NCBI GenBank assembly: GCA_016182185.1
Contig: JACOXU010000002.1
Span: forward strand, 86,874 to 150,873
Length of the DNA stretch: 64,000 nt
Direction: 5' to 3'
Source of the DNA: Candidatus Levyibacteriota bacterium
GTDB lineage: Bacteria; Patescibacteriota; Microgenomatia; Levybacterales; UBA12049
Shown: one piece after another, positions 38,650-47,702 of the stretch
Numbering within the stretch: position 1 is the stretch's first letter
Layout of the letters: each line of letters starts with the position of its first letter
Notes under the pieces: generated by a model
What the model saw: only the letters and a program-made list of their open reading frames with translations
Databases searched by the model: none
What the model was told of the DNA's origin: nothing
Made by a program: the position numbers and the translations under genes

Positions 38650-41238
38650 ATGGCTAAATCTAGCTCAAAAAAAGAAATTCCAAAGTATAATCCTACAGAA
38701 GTTGAGCCTAAATGGCAAAAATATTGGCTTGAAAATAAAATTTACCAGCCGGATATGGATAAGGCCAAAAAGCCCTTTTATAATCTCATGATGTTTCCAT
38801 ATCCATCAGCCGAAGGTATGCATGTGGGCAATATGTATGCTTTTACGGGCTCAGATGTTTATGGGCGATTTAAAAGGATGCAAGGACACGATGTTTTTGA
38901 ACCGATCGGACTTGATGGATTTGGAATTCACAGCGAAAATTATGCTTTAAAAGTTGGTAAACATCCTAAAGAACAGGCAAAGGTAAGCCAGGAAAATTTT
39001 TACAGACAGCTTCGAGTAACCGGAAATAGCTTTGCCTGGGATAATAAACTCGAAACCTATGACCCAGATTATTACAGATGGACACAATGGATATTTATCA
39101 AGCTTTTCAAAAAAGGATTAGCCTACCGCAAGAAAGCATCAGTTAATTTCTGCCCATCCTGCAAGACAGTTCTTGCAGATGAACAGGTGATTGCCGGAAA
39201 GTGTGAGCGCTGCGGTACCGAGGTTGTCAAAAAAGAGCTTGAGCAATGGTTTTTTAAGATCACCGACTATGCCGAAAGGCTCCTTAATAACATTGATGGG
39301 CTGGATTGGACAGAAAAAGTCAAAATCGCCCAAAGACAATGGATAGGGCGATCAGAGGGAGCGTTAATAAAATTCAAAATTCAAAATTCAAAATTCAAAA
39401 TGAAGACGATAGAAGTATTTACGACTCGGCCTGATACTCTTTATGGTGCAACCTTTATGGTTTTGGCTCCTGAGCATTCTCTTTCAAGAGAGATTGCAAG
39501 AGGCAATAACGAAATTGCGAAATATATCAAGGAATCTCAAAGCAAAACAGATCAGGATAGAATTGCAGAAGGCAGGGATAAGACAGGCATCGACTCAGGC
39601 TTGAGGGCCATAAATCCGGTAAGCAAAGAGGAAATTCCCGTATGGATTGCTGACTACGTGCTTATGGGCTATGGAACAGGTGCAATAATGGCAGTTCCTG
39701 CTCATGATGAGCGCGATTTTGAGTTCGCCCAAAAGTATAATCTTAGTATAAAATTTGTTATCAAGCCGATAGAAAATGATTTAGATACCAGAAAAGCTTA
39801 TTTGGGAGCAGGACAAGTAATCAATTCCGGGAAAGATTGGAATGATTATTTTGTGCCTGATGCAATCCCACGGATGATTGATGATCTTGAAAAGTGGGGA
39901 ATGGGAAAAAGACAAATCCAATATCACCTTCGGGATTGGCTTATCTCGAGGCAAAGATACTGGGGGCCGCCGATTCCCATGATTGATTGTCCAAAGTGTG
40001 GGTGGCAGGCAGTTGCTGAGAAAGATTTACCGGTACTTCTTCCCGATATTAAGGATTGGAAGCCTACAGGAGCTGGTAAATCACCGCTTGCTACGGTTGA
40101 GAGCTTTGTAAATACAAACTGTCCCGTATGCGGAGGACCTGCCAAACGAGAAACCGATGTATCTGACACATTTCTTGACAGCGCATGGTACTTCTTTCGT
40201 TACATAGCTACAGATTTTAAAGATGTTCCATTCCCTTCTAGTGCGTTTCATGATGATGCTGAGGTTGCTTCCAACAATTTTCGTCTTCACAAAGCGGGTA
40301 AATCTTCTGATTCATCCCGGAATGTCAGTGACGCAAATGTTCAGAGCGAAAATTTTAAAAGCTCCCCGCACCAAAGTCAAAACCGAACTGAAAAATGGCT
40401 TCCGGTGAACATGTATATAGGAGGAGCAGAACATTCGGTCTTACATCTGCTTTATTCAAGGTTTCTGACAATGGTTTTTAAGGATTTAGACTTGATATCT
40501 TTCGAAGAGCCATATTCTAAATTCAGAGCGCATGGGTTGCTCGTAAAGGAAGGGGCTAAAATGAGCAAGAGCAAGGGGAATGTAGTCATTCCGGATGAAT
40601 ACATTAAAAAATTTGGAGCAGATACCTTAAGGCTTTACTTAATGTTCCTCGGACCTTTTACTCAAGGAGGAGACTTTTACGATACGGGAATTGAAGGTAT
40701 GTATAGATTCGTCAGAAGAATCTGGACTCTAATTCATACAGTTAATTTCTCAACTCAATCCACAGGTGAAGGATTAAAAATAATGAACAAGACTATTAAA
40801 AAGGTAACAGAAGACTTGGAGGCTCTCAGGTACAACACAGCTATTGCAACGCTAATGGAATATTACAATTTTTTGTCAAAGGAACAAACTATATCAAAAG
40901 AGCAGATCGAAATATTAATTATTTTAACTTCACCCTTCGCTCCGCACATTTCTGAAGAAATTTGGGAGTTCTTAGGTCATAAAAATTCCATAAGCCAAAC
41001 AAATTGGCCCAGGTTTTCAGATAAATTTCTCGTCGAAAAAAATACGATAATCGTATTACAAGTGAATGGCAAAATTAGGGACACTTTCATGGTAGAAAAA
41101 TCTGAAATTGACAATAAGCAGACAATTGAAAAGATTGCTAGACAAAGTAAAAGAGCCAAAAAATACTTTGAAAACAAGCAAATCAGAAATGTCGTTTACG
41201 TAAAGGGAAAAATAATTAACTTTGTAATTGACAATTAG
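38650..41238 (+). CDS. leuS: leucyl-tRNA synthetase
   Basis: HVGNMYAF matches the HIGH motif (HMGH-type in LeuS). Also FTTRPDTLYGATF, WISRQRYWG and KMSKSKGN. It contains a ~43-aa in-frame insertion at 40258-40378 and an in-frame heptamer repeat at 39368-39400. Confidence 0.9.
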   Translation: MAKSSSKKEIPKYNPTEVEPKWQKYWLENKIYQPDMDKAKKPFYNLMMFPYPSAEGMHVGNMYAFTGSDVYGRFKRMQGHDVFEPIGLDGFGIHSENYALKVGKHPKEQAKVSQENFYRQLRVTGNSFAWDNKLETYDPDYYRWTQWIFIKLFKKGLAYRKKASVNFCPSCKTVLADEQVIAGKCERCGTEVVKKELEQWFFKITDYAERLLNNIDGLDWTEKVKIAQRQWIGRSEGALIKFKIQNSKFKMKTIEVFTTRPDTLYGATFMVLAPEHSLSREIARGNNEIAKYIKESQSKTDQDRIAEGRDKTGIDSGLRAINPVSKEEIPVWIADYVLMGYGTGAIMAVPAHDERDFEFAQKYNLSIKFVIKPIENDLDTRKAYLGAGQVINSGKDWNDYFVPDAIPRMIDDLEKWGMGKRQIQYHLRDWLISRQRYWGPPIPMIDCPKCGWQAVAEKDLPVLLPDIKDWKPTGAGKSPLATVESFVNTNCPVCGGPAKRETDVSDTFLDSAWYFFRYIATDFKDVPFPSSAFHDDAEVASNNFRLHKAGKSSDSSRNVSDANVQSENFKSSPHQSQNRTEKWLPVNMYIGGAEHSVLHLLYSRFLTMVFKDLDLISFEEPYSKFRAHGLLVKEGAKMSKSKGNVVIPDEYIKKFGADTLRLYLMFLGPFTQGGDFYDTGIEGMYRFVRRIWTLIHTVNFSTQSTGEGLKIMNKTIKKVTEDLEALRYNTAIATLMEYYNFLSKEQTISKEQIEILIILTSPFAPHISEEIWEFLGHKNSISQTNWPRFSDKFLVEKNTIIVLQVNGKIRDTFMVEKSEIDNKQTIEKIARQSKRAKKYFENKQIRNVVYVKGKIINFVIDN
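39368..39400 (+). repeat. heptamer tandem repeat (aaaattc)x4.5, in-frame in leuS
   Basis: taaaattcaaaattcaaaattcaaaattcaaaatg, encoding IKFKIQNSKFKM in a variable loop just before the FTTRPDT motif. Confidence 0.75.
40258..40378 (+). mobile_element. RPE-like ~120-bp palindromic element inserted in-frame within leuS
   Basis: About 75% identical to the intergenic copy at 57833-57936 (shared gctgaggt, caaaatttt, gcgggyarat, cagygacgcaaatg, gctccccgc). Its termini are inverted (aattttcg...cgaaaatt). It sits where E. coli LeuS has 20 aa between the ARY and WLPV motifs and this gene has 63 aa. Confidence 0.5.
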
Positions 41239-41253
41239 CTTCAATTTTTAGTC

Positions 41254-41880
41254 ATGGAGAGACAAGAAATTATCGACAAGTATTCGTCTTTTTTTAAAAA
41301 AAATTGGATTGCTGTTGTTCCGGGAATAATTGGGTTGATATTGTTAGGTTATGGTTTGATAGGGTTACTGACTTCGTCTAATGACCCAAATGATATCTCA
41401 TTTACAAAGAGAGGCGAAGCCGAAACTTCACAATTAGAAAATAATAATAAACGAGAAATAATGGTAGATGTAGAAGGAGCTGTTCTTTCTCCGGGTGTTT
41501 ATAACTTGTCCCAAAATGCAAGAATAAAAGATGCACTTATTGCCGCTGGCGGATTATCAGGTAGCGCAGACAGAGATTGGATTGCCAAAAATCTAAACCT
41601 AGCCGCAAAATTATCTGATGCGGCTAAGCTCTACATTCCATTCAAAGGAGAGGCGGGTATTCAAAGTTATAATTCGGGAGGAATTAATTTAATATCAAGC
41701 TCAATCAATATAAATTCAGCAAGCATGAAAGAATTAGACAGTCTTTCTGGAATAGGCCCAGTTACAGCCCAAAAAATTATCGACGGGAGACCTTATCAGG
41801 CAGTAGATGAATTAATTTCAAAGAAAATAATCGGGAATAGTGTTTTTGAGAAGATAAAGGATAGAATAACCGCTTATTAA
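41254..41880 (+). CDS. comEA: competence protein ComEA (SLBB domain plus helix-hairpin-helix DNA-binding)
   Basis: N-terminal TM, then the C-terminal HhH motif INSASMKELDSLSGIGPVTAQKIIDGRPY. Confidence 0.75.
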   Translation: MERQEIIDKYSSFFKKNWIAVVPGIIGLILLGYGLIGLLTSSNDPNDISFTKRGEAETSQLENNNKREIMVDVEGAVLSPGVYNLSQNARIKDALIAAGGLSGSADRDWIAKNLNLAAKLSDAAKLYIPFKGEAGIQSYNSGGINLISSSININSASMKELDSLSGIGPVTAQKIIDGRPYQAVDELISKKIIGNSVFEKIKDRITAY

Positions 41881-41883
41881 TCA

Positions 41884-43122
41884 ATGAGGCTTCTTATTAT
41901 CGGAGTAACACTTCTGGGTCTACTGTTCTTTCGCTTTTTTCTATTTTATGATAAATCAGATTTACCTCAGGATGGAGAGCAGATAAGTTTTCGTTCAACA
42001 CTATTCTCAGAGCCGAAGATTTACCAGAGCTATCAGCGAATAGAAGTAGATTATCAGGGTAAAGAAAAGATTTTTGTATTTGCAAATATTTATCCCGAAT
42101 ATCATTACGGCGATTCATTAAGTATATCTGGCAGAGTAAAATACAGATTGCTAAATAATGGCGATAACTTTATCTCCATGAGTTACCCCAAAATTGAAGC
42201 CGTGAAAACTAGTGAAAATTATTTTTTAGCATTTATATCATTGGTTCGCCAAAAAATAATCTCACTTTTTCAAAAATCAATGCCTGTAAAATCTGCCAGT
42301 CTTTTGCTTGGAATTGTCTTTGGAATAAAGGAAACGATGCCCAAAGATTTCTCAGATAATTTGAAAAATGCTGGCGTTATGCATGTAATTGCAGCATCAG
42401 GAATGAACGTTACGCTTGTCGGAGGCTTTATCAGCAGTATAATGGTTTTCTTTGTCAAGCGCAGGTTAGCACTTTTTATAAGCATTTTTGGTATCTTGTT
42501 TTATGCGATTTTGTCTGGACTTGAGTCATCGATTATCCGCGCTGCGATAATGGGAATATTAACCTTTTCAGCTCAAATTTTAGGAAGACAGAGACTTGCT
42601 GCTTTTGCATTATTGCTTACAGGTTACGGTATGCTTTTTTTCCGTCCTAATCTTTTGTTTGATATAGGTTTTCAATTATCTTTTGTCTCAACAGCAGGAA
42701 TTTTATACATAAAACCCATAATTGAAATTAATAAAGGAATTAAAATGATTTTGAATAAATCGATAATAGGCGAGGAAGCAGTTACTACAATATCAGCTCA
42801 AGCGGCAGCCTTGCCAATTCTTATTGCTAATTTTGGTACATATTCCCTTTGGTCAGTCTTAGTAAACATTTTGGTGATTTGGACAATTCCTATTCTTATG
42901 ATTTTAGGAGGAGTAGGGGCAATCTTGGGAATATTAATAATTCCCATAGGAAAGATATTTTTATTCTTCAGTGTACCACTTTTGATATATTTTGAGATGG
43001 TAGTTAATTTCTTTGCAGAGCAGGGAGTAGTAAAAATCGAGAGTATTTCGTGGCCATTTATTCTTGGTTATTACTGTATTTTGTTTTCATTAATTTATAT
43101 GATTAAAAGAAATAGCGAATGA
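41884..43122 (+). CDS. comEC: ComEC/Rec2 competence channel, N-terminal (DUF4131 plus competence domain) part
   Basis: Polytopic membrane protein containing the ComEC competence-domain block MHVIAASGMNVTLVGGFI... Confidence 0.7.
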   Translation: MRLLIIGVTLLGLLFFRFFLFYDKSDLPQDGEQISFRSTLFSEPKIYQSYQRIEVDYQGKEKIFVFANIYPEYHYGDSLSISGRVKYRLLNNGDNFISMSYPKIEAVKTSENYFLAFISLVRQKIISLFQKSMPVKSASLLLGIVFGIKETMPKDFSDNLKNAGVMHVIAASGMNVTLVGGFISSIMVFFVKRRLALFISIFGILFYAILSGLESSIIRAAIMGILTFSAQILGRQRLAAFALLLTGYGMLFFRPNLLFDIGFQLSFVSTAGILYIKPIIEINKGIKMILNKSIIGEEAVTTISAQAAALPILIANFGTYSLWSVLVNILVIWTIPILMILGGVGAILGILIIPIGKIFLFFSVPLLIYFEMVVNFFAEQGVVKIESISWPFILGYYCILFSLIYMIKRNSE

Positions 43123-43982
43123 AAAAATCTATCAGTATGTCCATACTAATCATATTGCTGACTGCTGGAACGGTTCTTTTCCAATATTTCAGGTACAATG
43201 ATGGGCGTTTGCATCTAATTTTTTGCGATGTTGGGCAGGGAGACGCAATACTTATCAGAACCCCGAAGAATAAGAATATTTTGATCGATGCAGGGCCGGG
43301 AGATAAAGTTTTATCATGCCTGTCTAATCATATTCCATTTTGGGAACGGAAAATCTCTCTTGCAATATTAACACATCCTCACAATGATCATTTTGCCGGC
43401 TTTAGCGAGGTTTTAAAAAGATATGAAGTTCGGGCTTTCGGAATGGAAGAGCTTGAAAATAAAACATTAGGATATAAAAAACTAACTCAAGATATAAATA
43501 AAAATAAGATAAATGTTAATTATCTGGTTGAAGGCGACTCATTTAATACTCAGGATGGTGTAAAACTTTATGTGCTTGCGCCATCTGACGAGTTTCTCCA
43601 AAGAACAAGTCCGAATAAAATGATCGGCGAGACAAATGAATTCAGCTCTCTAATTATTCACGTATCTTACGGAGCCTTTGATGCTATATTAACTGGAGAC
43701 AGTCAGGTAGATCAACTTAAAGAAGCTCTAAGCATTTATGGTGGAACATCAGTCGATATATTCCAAATTCCACACCATGGTTCAAAAACCGGAATAGATA
43801 GAGAAATTTTGGAAGATTTGAAACCTGGGGCAGCTATTATATCAGTAGGAAAGAATCGGTATGGTCATCCCACTTCATATGTTTTGGATCTATTAAAATC
43901 AATGGAAATTTCGGTTTTTCGAACTGACTTAATGGAAGATGTCGAAATAGCGGCAGATAAAAACAGTTGGGCTATAAAATAA
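43119..43982 (+). CDS. comEC: ComEC C-terminal metallo-beta-lactamase domain, encoded as a separate overlapping ORF
   Basis: MBL motifs HLIFCDVGQGDAILI, THPHNDH and IPHHGS. Its ATG overlaps the upstream stop (ATGA). Confidence 0.7.
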   Translation: MKKSISMSILIILLTAGTVLFQYFRYNDGRLHLIFCDVGQGDAILIRTPKNKNILIDAGPGDKVLSCLSNHIPFWERKISLAILTHPHNDHFAGFSEVLKRYEVRAFGMEELENKTLGYKKLTQDINKNKINVNYLVEGDSFNTQDGVKLYVLAPSDEFLQRTSPNKMIGETNEFSSLIIHVSYGAFDAILTGDSQVDQLKEALSIYGGTSVDIFQIPHHGSKTGIDREILEDLKPGAAIISVGKNRYGHPTSYVLDLLKSMEISVFRTDLMEDVEIAADKNSWAIK

Positions 43983-45722
43983 TTAAACTTGAATTGGCTG
44001 TGGTTGGATTGGAGGTTGGGACTCATGAATTTGCGAGCCCTGGTGATTAACAGTATTTTCTTGAGTAGGTAGAACGAAAGAAATTGTCGTTCCATGTCCT
44101 TCCTCAGATTCGACTTCGATAGTTCCTCCATGCGCCTCAACTATTCGTTTTACGATGTAGAGTCCCAGACCAGTGCTATCTGGTGAATTTTTAGTCTGGT
44201 TTTTTTCAACTTGATGAAATTTTACAAAGATATCCTTTTGTTTCTCTTTCGGTATTCCAATTCCGGTATCTGAAACAGATATTTTAACCCCTTGGGACCC
44301 ATTTATCATTCTAGTTAAGATAGTAATCTTTCCGTTTTCAGGTGTAAATTTAAGACTATTTGAAAGAAGATTGTTGATCACCTGAGCAACTCTAATCTTG
44401 TCGGCCGTTACCAGAGGAAGTTCATGTTCAAGATCTGAGGAAAGTGCAATATGCTTTTTTTCAGCTTGAGGCTGAAAGATCTTAACCCGCTCGTTTATAA
44501 TTTCTTCAAGGTTTATCGGTTTTTTATTAAGCACCAAGCTTCCTGAATCAAGTTTCGCCGCATCAAGAATAGATCCAACCTGATCCAAAAGCACTCTTGA
44601 CTGCTTGTTGATTATTTCTAAAAATTGATGTCTTTCCTGTTCTCCAAGGTTAATTTTCTCAGAGAGCAAAAGCTCTGTTGAGTCTTTTATGGCAGTAAGA
44701 GGGGAGCGTAATTCATGGACCATCATATTTGTAAAGTTCTCTTTTATTTGTTCCAGATTTTTTTCTATAGTAATATCATGGAGCATTACAGAGACTCCTA
44801 GTGGTTGATCATGTTGATTTGTTCGGTTTCCTGAACTTATAGAAACAGGAGTGATAAACAATTCAAATGATTGACCCTCTATAACCAAGTCTTTTTCCTC
44901 AACAACTTTATTTTGTTTGATTGATTCATTTATTTTTGCCATTAAATCATAGGTTTTAGGAAAAGAGGCAAGAATATCTTGAAATATTGGGTCCTCGGCG
45001 CCGACTTTAAGAAAATGTTTTGCAGCATCATTTATGATTAGCAGCTGATTTTTAGAATCGATCATAAATACTCCGTCTGCCAAGCTCGAAATAGTTGCCA
45101 TAAGCTTCTCTTTTTCTGTTTTAAGTACTTTCTCGAAATTCGAAAGGGCATTGGATACTTGTTCAACAATTTGGTAGAGAAGTATCATCTCCTTTTCTTT
45201 ATAAAGATTTGGCTTTGTAGAGGAAACATTAATTACGCCCTGCGCCTTGCCATTTATAAAAAGAGGAATATGAAAAAAAGAAGCCAGATTCTGTTCATGT
45301 GAGTCATCAAGAGGCAGTCCATAAAAGCTTTCTTCAACCTTGGTTGGAATGCTTCCTAGGATGGCTGCAAGAGAGGCGAGCATACTCTCTTTGACCTCAC
45401 CTAAGAACTTGCGGCTTACGGGTTCATTGATGCTACTTTTAAAAATTAAATGGTTGTCTTTAAGAACGAGGGAGGAAACACTGGAGTAGGGGAAAAGATT
45501 TTTAAGACTGCCGTTTATCACATCAATAACTTTTTCAATATCCAAAGAATATCCAATTCTGTCCTGTATCTCTTTAAGAATTGATATTTCATACAATCTA
45601 TGTTTTTCCAAATTTTCCCTATCAAGAATTGATTTTTTAGCCCTCTCCTCACGGATAGAAAATATTATAGTCATGATTCCAAAAATGACTGCTGTAGCAA
45701 TTGAAGCAATTAAAGAGAGCAT
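43983..45722 (-). CDS. sensor histidine kinase (TM, GAF/PAS-like, HisKA, HATPase_c)
   Basis: The H-box is HELRSPLTAI. N, G1 and G2 boxes are present (SNSLKFTPENGKI, DTGIGIP, GLGLYIVKRIVEAHGG). Confidence 0.8.
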   Translation of the reverse strand: MLSLIASIATAVIFGIMTIIFSIREERAKKSILDRENLEKHRLYEISILKEIQDRIGYSLDIEKVIDVINGSLKNLFPYSSVSSLVLKDNHLIFKSSINEPVSRKFLGEVKESMLASLAAILGSIPTKVEESFYGLPLDDSHEQNLASFFHIPLFINGKAQGVINVSSTKPNLYKEKEMILLYQIVEQVSNALSNFEKVLKTEKEKLMATISSLADGVFMIDSKNQLLIINDAAKHFLKVGAEDPIFQDILASFPKTYDLMAKINESIKQNKVVEEKDLVIEGQSFELFITPVSISSGNRTNQHDQPLGVSVMLHDITIEKNLEQIKENFTNMMVHELRSPLTAIKDSTELLLSEKINLGEQERHQFLEIINKQSRVLLDQVGSILDAAKLDSGSLVLNKKPINLEEIINERVKIFQPQAEKKHIALSSDLEHELPLVTADKIRVAQVINNLLSNSLKFTPENGKITILTRMINGSQGVKISVSDTGIGIPKEKQKDIFVKFHQVEKNQTKNSPDSTGLGLYIVKRIVEAHGGTIEVESEEGHGTTISFVLPTQENTVNHQGSQIHESQPPIQPQPIQV

Positions 45723-45724
45723 GG

Positions 45725-46057
45725 TTAATTAACTAAAGATTCAAGATTATCCCCTGTTTTTTTACTGCCGATTACGATCGTATAAGTGCCAAGTAAAAAT
45801 AATATTTCCTTTACAGCAATGAAGAACGGGCTATAGCTTAGATTAAATATTGTTTGGAAGTATACCTGAAATGCATCAAATATTATCCCAATTGCGATTA
45901 ATCCAATTCCTAGGGCAACTGTCTTAAATCCTGAAGCAAGTATGCCCGTTCCGAATCTCTTATTAATCCTAAGCATAATTATGGCTGCGGCTATTCCAGC
46001 AAACACTGAAATGAAAGAAACTGCCTCTATCAATATGAATAAATAATTATTAACCAT
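45725..46057 (-). CDS. hypothetical small membrane protein
   Basis: Three predicted TM helices. It lies between the kinase and the receiver genes. Confidence 0.35.
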   Translation of the reverse strand: MVNNYLFILIEAVSFISVFAGIAAAIIMLRINKRFGTGILASGFKTVALGIGLIAIGIIFDAFQVYFQTIFNLSYSPFFIAVKEILFLLGTYTIVIGSKKTGDNLESLVN

Positions 46058-46067
46058 TTTACTATTT

Positions 46068-46388
46068 CTAAGAGCCCGCTCCGGGATTGGAAGGACCGGT
46101 TTCTATAGAGTTTGATATTTTTCGATTCTCCTTTAGATGATAATTTGCTAAGAGAGGCTCCATAGTTTTTTCAACAATTTGACCGGAGAGTTGAACAAAC
46201 TGATTAATAAGCTCTTGAATTAATTCTTGAGGATTGCCTGACATCTGAGAAACTGTGCCGTCATTTTCGATCGTAAGCCCCTTTACATTCCTTGCTTTGG
46301 TAAGAGTAATATCCGGGCCTAAAACAACAATCTGTTTTTTTATTACCTCTGTGAGAAGTTTTTTATAATCTGTGTTTTCCTCTTGCAT
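46068..46388 (-). CDS. hypothetical protein
   Basis: 106 aa with no recognisable motif. Confidence 0.35.
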   Translation of the reverse strand: MQEENTDYKKLLTEVIKKQIVVLGPDITLTKARNVKGLTIENDGTVSQMSGNPQELIQELINQFVQLSGQIVEKTMEPLLANYHLKENRKISNSIETGPSNPGAGS

Positions 46389-46395
46389 AATTTAG

Positions 46396-46779
46396 CTACG
46401 TCTGCGGCGGACTTGCCGCTTTTAATACATCTTTTACCTTATTTACAATATCCTGCGTTTCTACGCTGTATTTATAAATGTAATCGACTGCACCTTTTTC
46501 CATAGCCTGTTTGACAAGCGCTTCGTGGCCGAAGTTTGAGATCATAAGAACCGGGATATCATGAGTCAAATAATCAGCCTTGAGTTGCGCCAACACATCA
46601 TTACCGGTTATGTCAGTAAGCATTTGGTCAAGAAGAACAAGATCCGGTTTTTCACCTTTGGCCTTATCGATTCCTTCCCGCCCATTTTTTGCCACAATCA
46701 CATTTATCCCCTCTTTTTCAAAGGCAGCGGTAATAATCTGTCTAAAATTCTCCTCATCGTCCACAAGAAGAACTTTCAT
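46396..46779 (-). CDS. stand-alone response regulator receiver (CheY-like) protein, paralog 1
   Basis: REC signature LLVDDE...D(57)-like LLDQMLTDITGNDVL...K. No output domain. Confidence 0.8.
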   Translation of the reverse strand: MKVLLVDDEENFRQIITAAFEKEGINVIVAKNGREGIDKAKGEKPDLVLLDQMLTDITGNDVLAQLKADYLTHDIPVLMISNFGHEALVKQAMEKGAVDYIYKYSVETQDIVNKVKDVLKAASPPQT

Positions 46780-46822
46780 TCTAATTTAAAGCTATCAGGA
46801 ATAAAATTTATTGTCAAGATAA

Positions 46823-47212
46823 TCACTGATCAAGCGGAGGAAGACTTGTGGGACTTAGAATTTTTTTTACCTTGTCTACGATATCTTGCATTTGTACTTG
46901 ATACTTAAAGACATAATCGACTGCACCTTTTTCTATAGCCTGCTTGACAAGCATCTCGTGGCCGAAGTTTGAGATCATAAGTATTGGTATGTTTTTAATT
47001 TCAAAGTCCGCTTTTATTTGGCCAAGAACATCATTGCCTGTTATGTCAGTTAGTACTTGGTCAAGAAGAATAAGATCCGGTTTTTCCTGCTTGGCCTTAT
47101 TGATTCCCTCACTTCCGCTTTTGGCGATACTTATATTGACTCCTTCTTTTTCAAAAGCGGCTGTTGCGACCTGAATAAAATTGTCGTCATCATCAACCAA
47201 AAGGATCTTCAT
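46823..47212 (-). CDS. stand-alone response regulator receiver protein, paralog 2
   Basis: About 70% identical to the neighbours, with the same REC signature. Confidence 0.8.
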   Translation of the reverse strand: MKILLVDDDDNFIQVATAAFEKEGVNISIAKSGSEGINKAKQEKPDLILLDQVLTDITGNDVLGQIKADFEIKNIPILMISNFGHEMLVKQAIEKGAVDYVFKYQVQMQDIVDKVKKILSPTSLPPLDQ

Positions 47213-47254
47213 GTTAATTAGACAGTATCAGGAAGAGAAAAAGTTGTCAAGAAA

Positions 47255-47647
47255 TCAGACTTGGGGAGGCGCTTGCTGTGCCGGGGTTTTCAAAACGTTT
47301 TTTACTTTGTCGACAATATCCTGCATTTCTACCTGATATTTGAAGACATAGTCAATTGCGCCCCGATCAATTGCCTGCTTTACAAGTTCTTCCTGGCCAA
47401 AATTTGAGAGCATCATAACCGGTATACTTTTGGTATTAAGATCTGCCTTGAGCTGCTGGAGAACATCATTTCCTGATATGTCCGGAAGTACCTGGTCAAG
47501 AAGAATAAGGTCGGGTTTTTGTTCCTTGGCAGTATTCAGGCCGCTTCTGCCGTCTTTTGAAACTATCACGTCAAAACCTTCTTTTTGAATAGCGGTTGAA
47601 AAAACCAAACCTAGTGCCTCATCATCGTCCACAAGAAGAACTTTCAT
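47255..47647 (-). CDS. stand-alone response regulator receiver protein, paralog 3
   Basis: About 65% identical to paralogs 1 and 2. The upstream intergenic sequences are also similar, which indicates tandem duplication. Confidence 0.8.
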   Translation of the reverse strand: MKVLLVDDDEALGLVFSTAIQKEGFDVIVSKDGRSGLNTAKEQKPDLILLDQVLPDISGNDVLQQLKADLNTKSIPVMMLSNFGQEELVKQAIDRGAIDYVFKYQVEMQDIVDKVKNVLKTPAQQAPPQV

Positions 47648-47702
47648 TCTATCTTAAACGTTATCAGGAATAAAATTTATTGTCAAGACTTCAGATTTTA
47701 AT

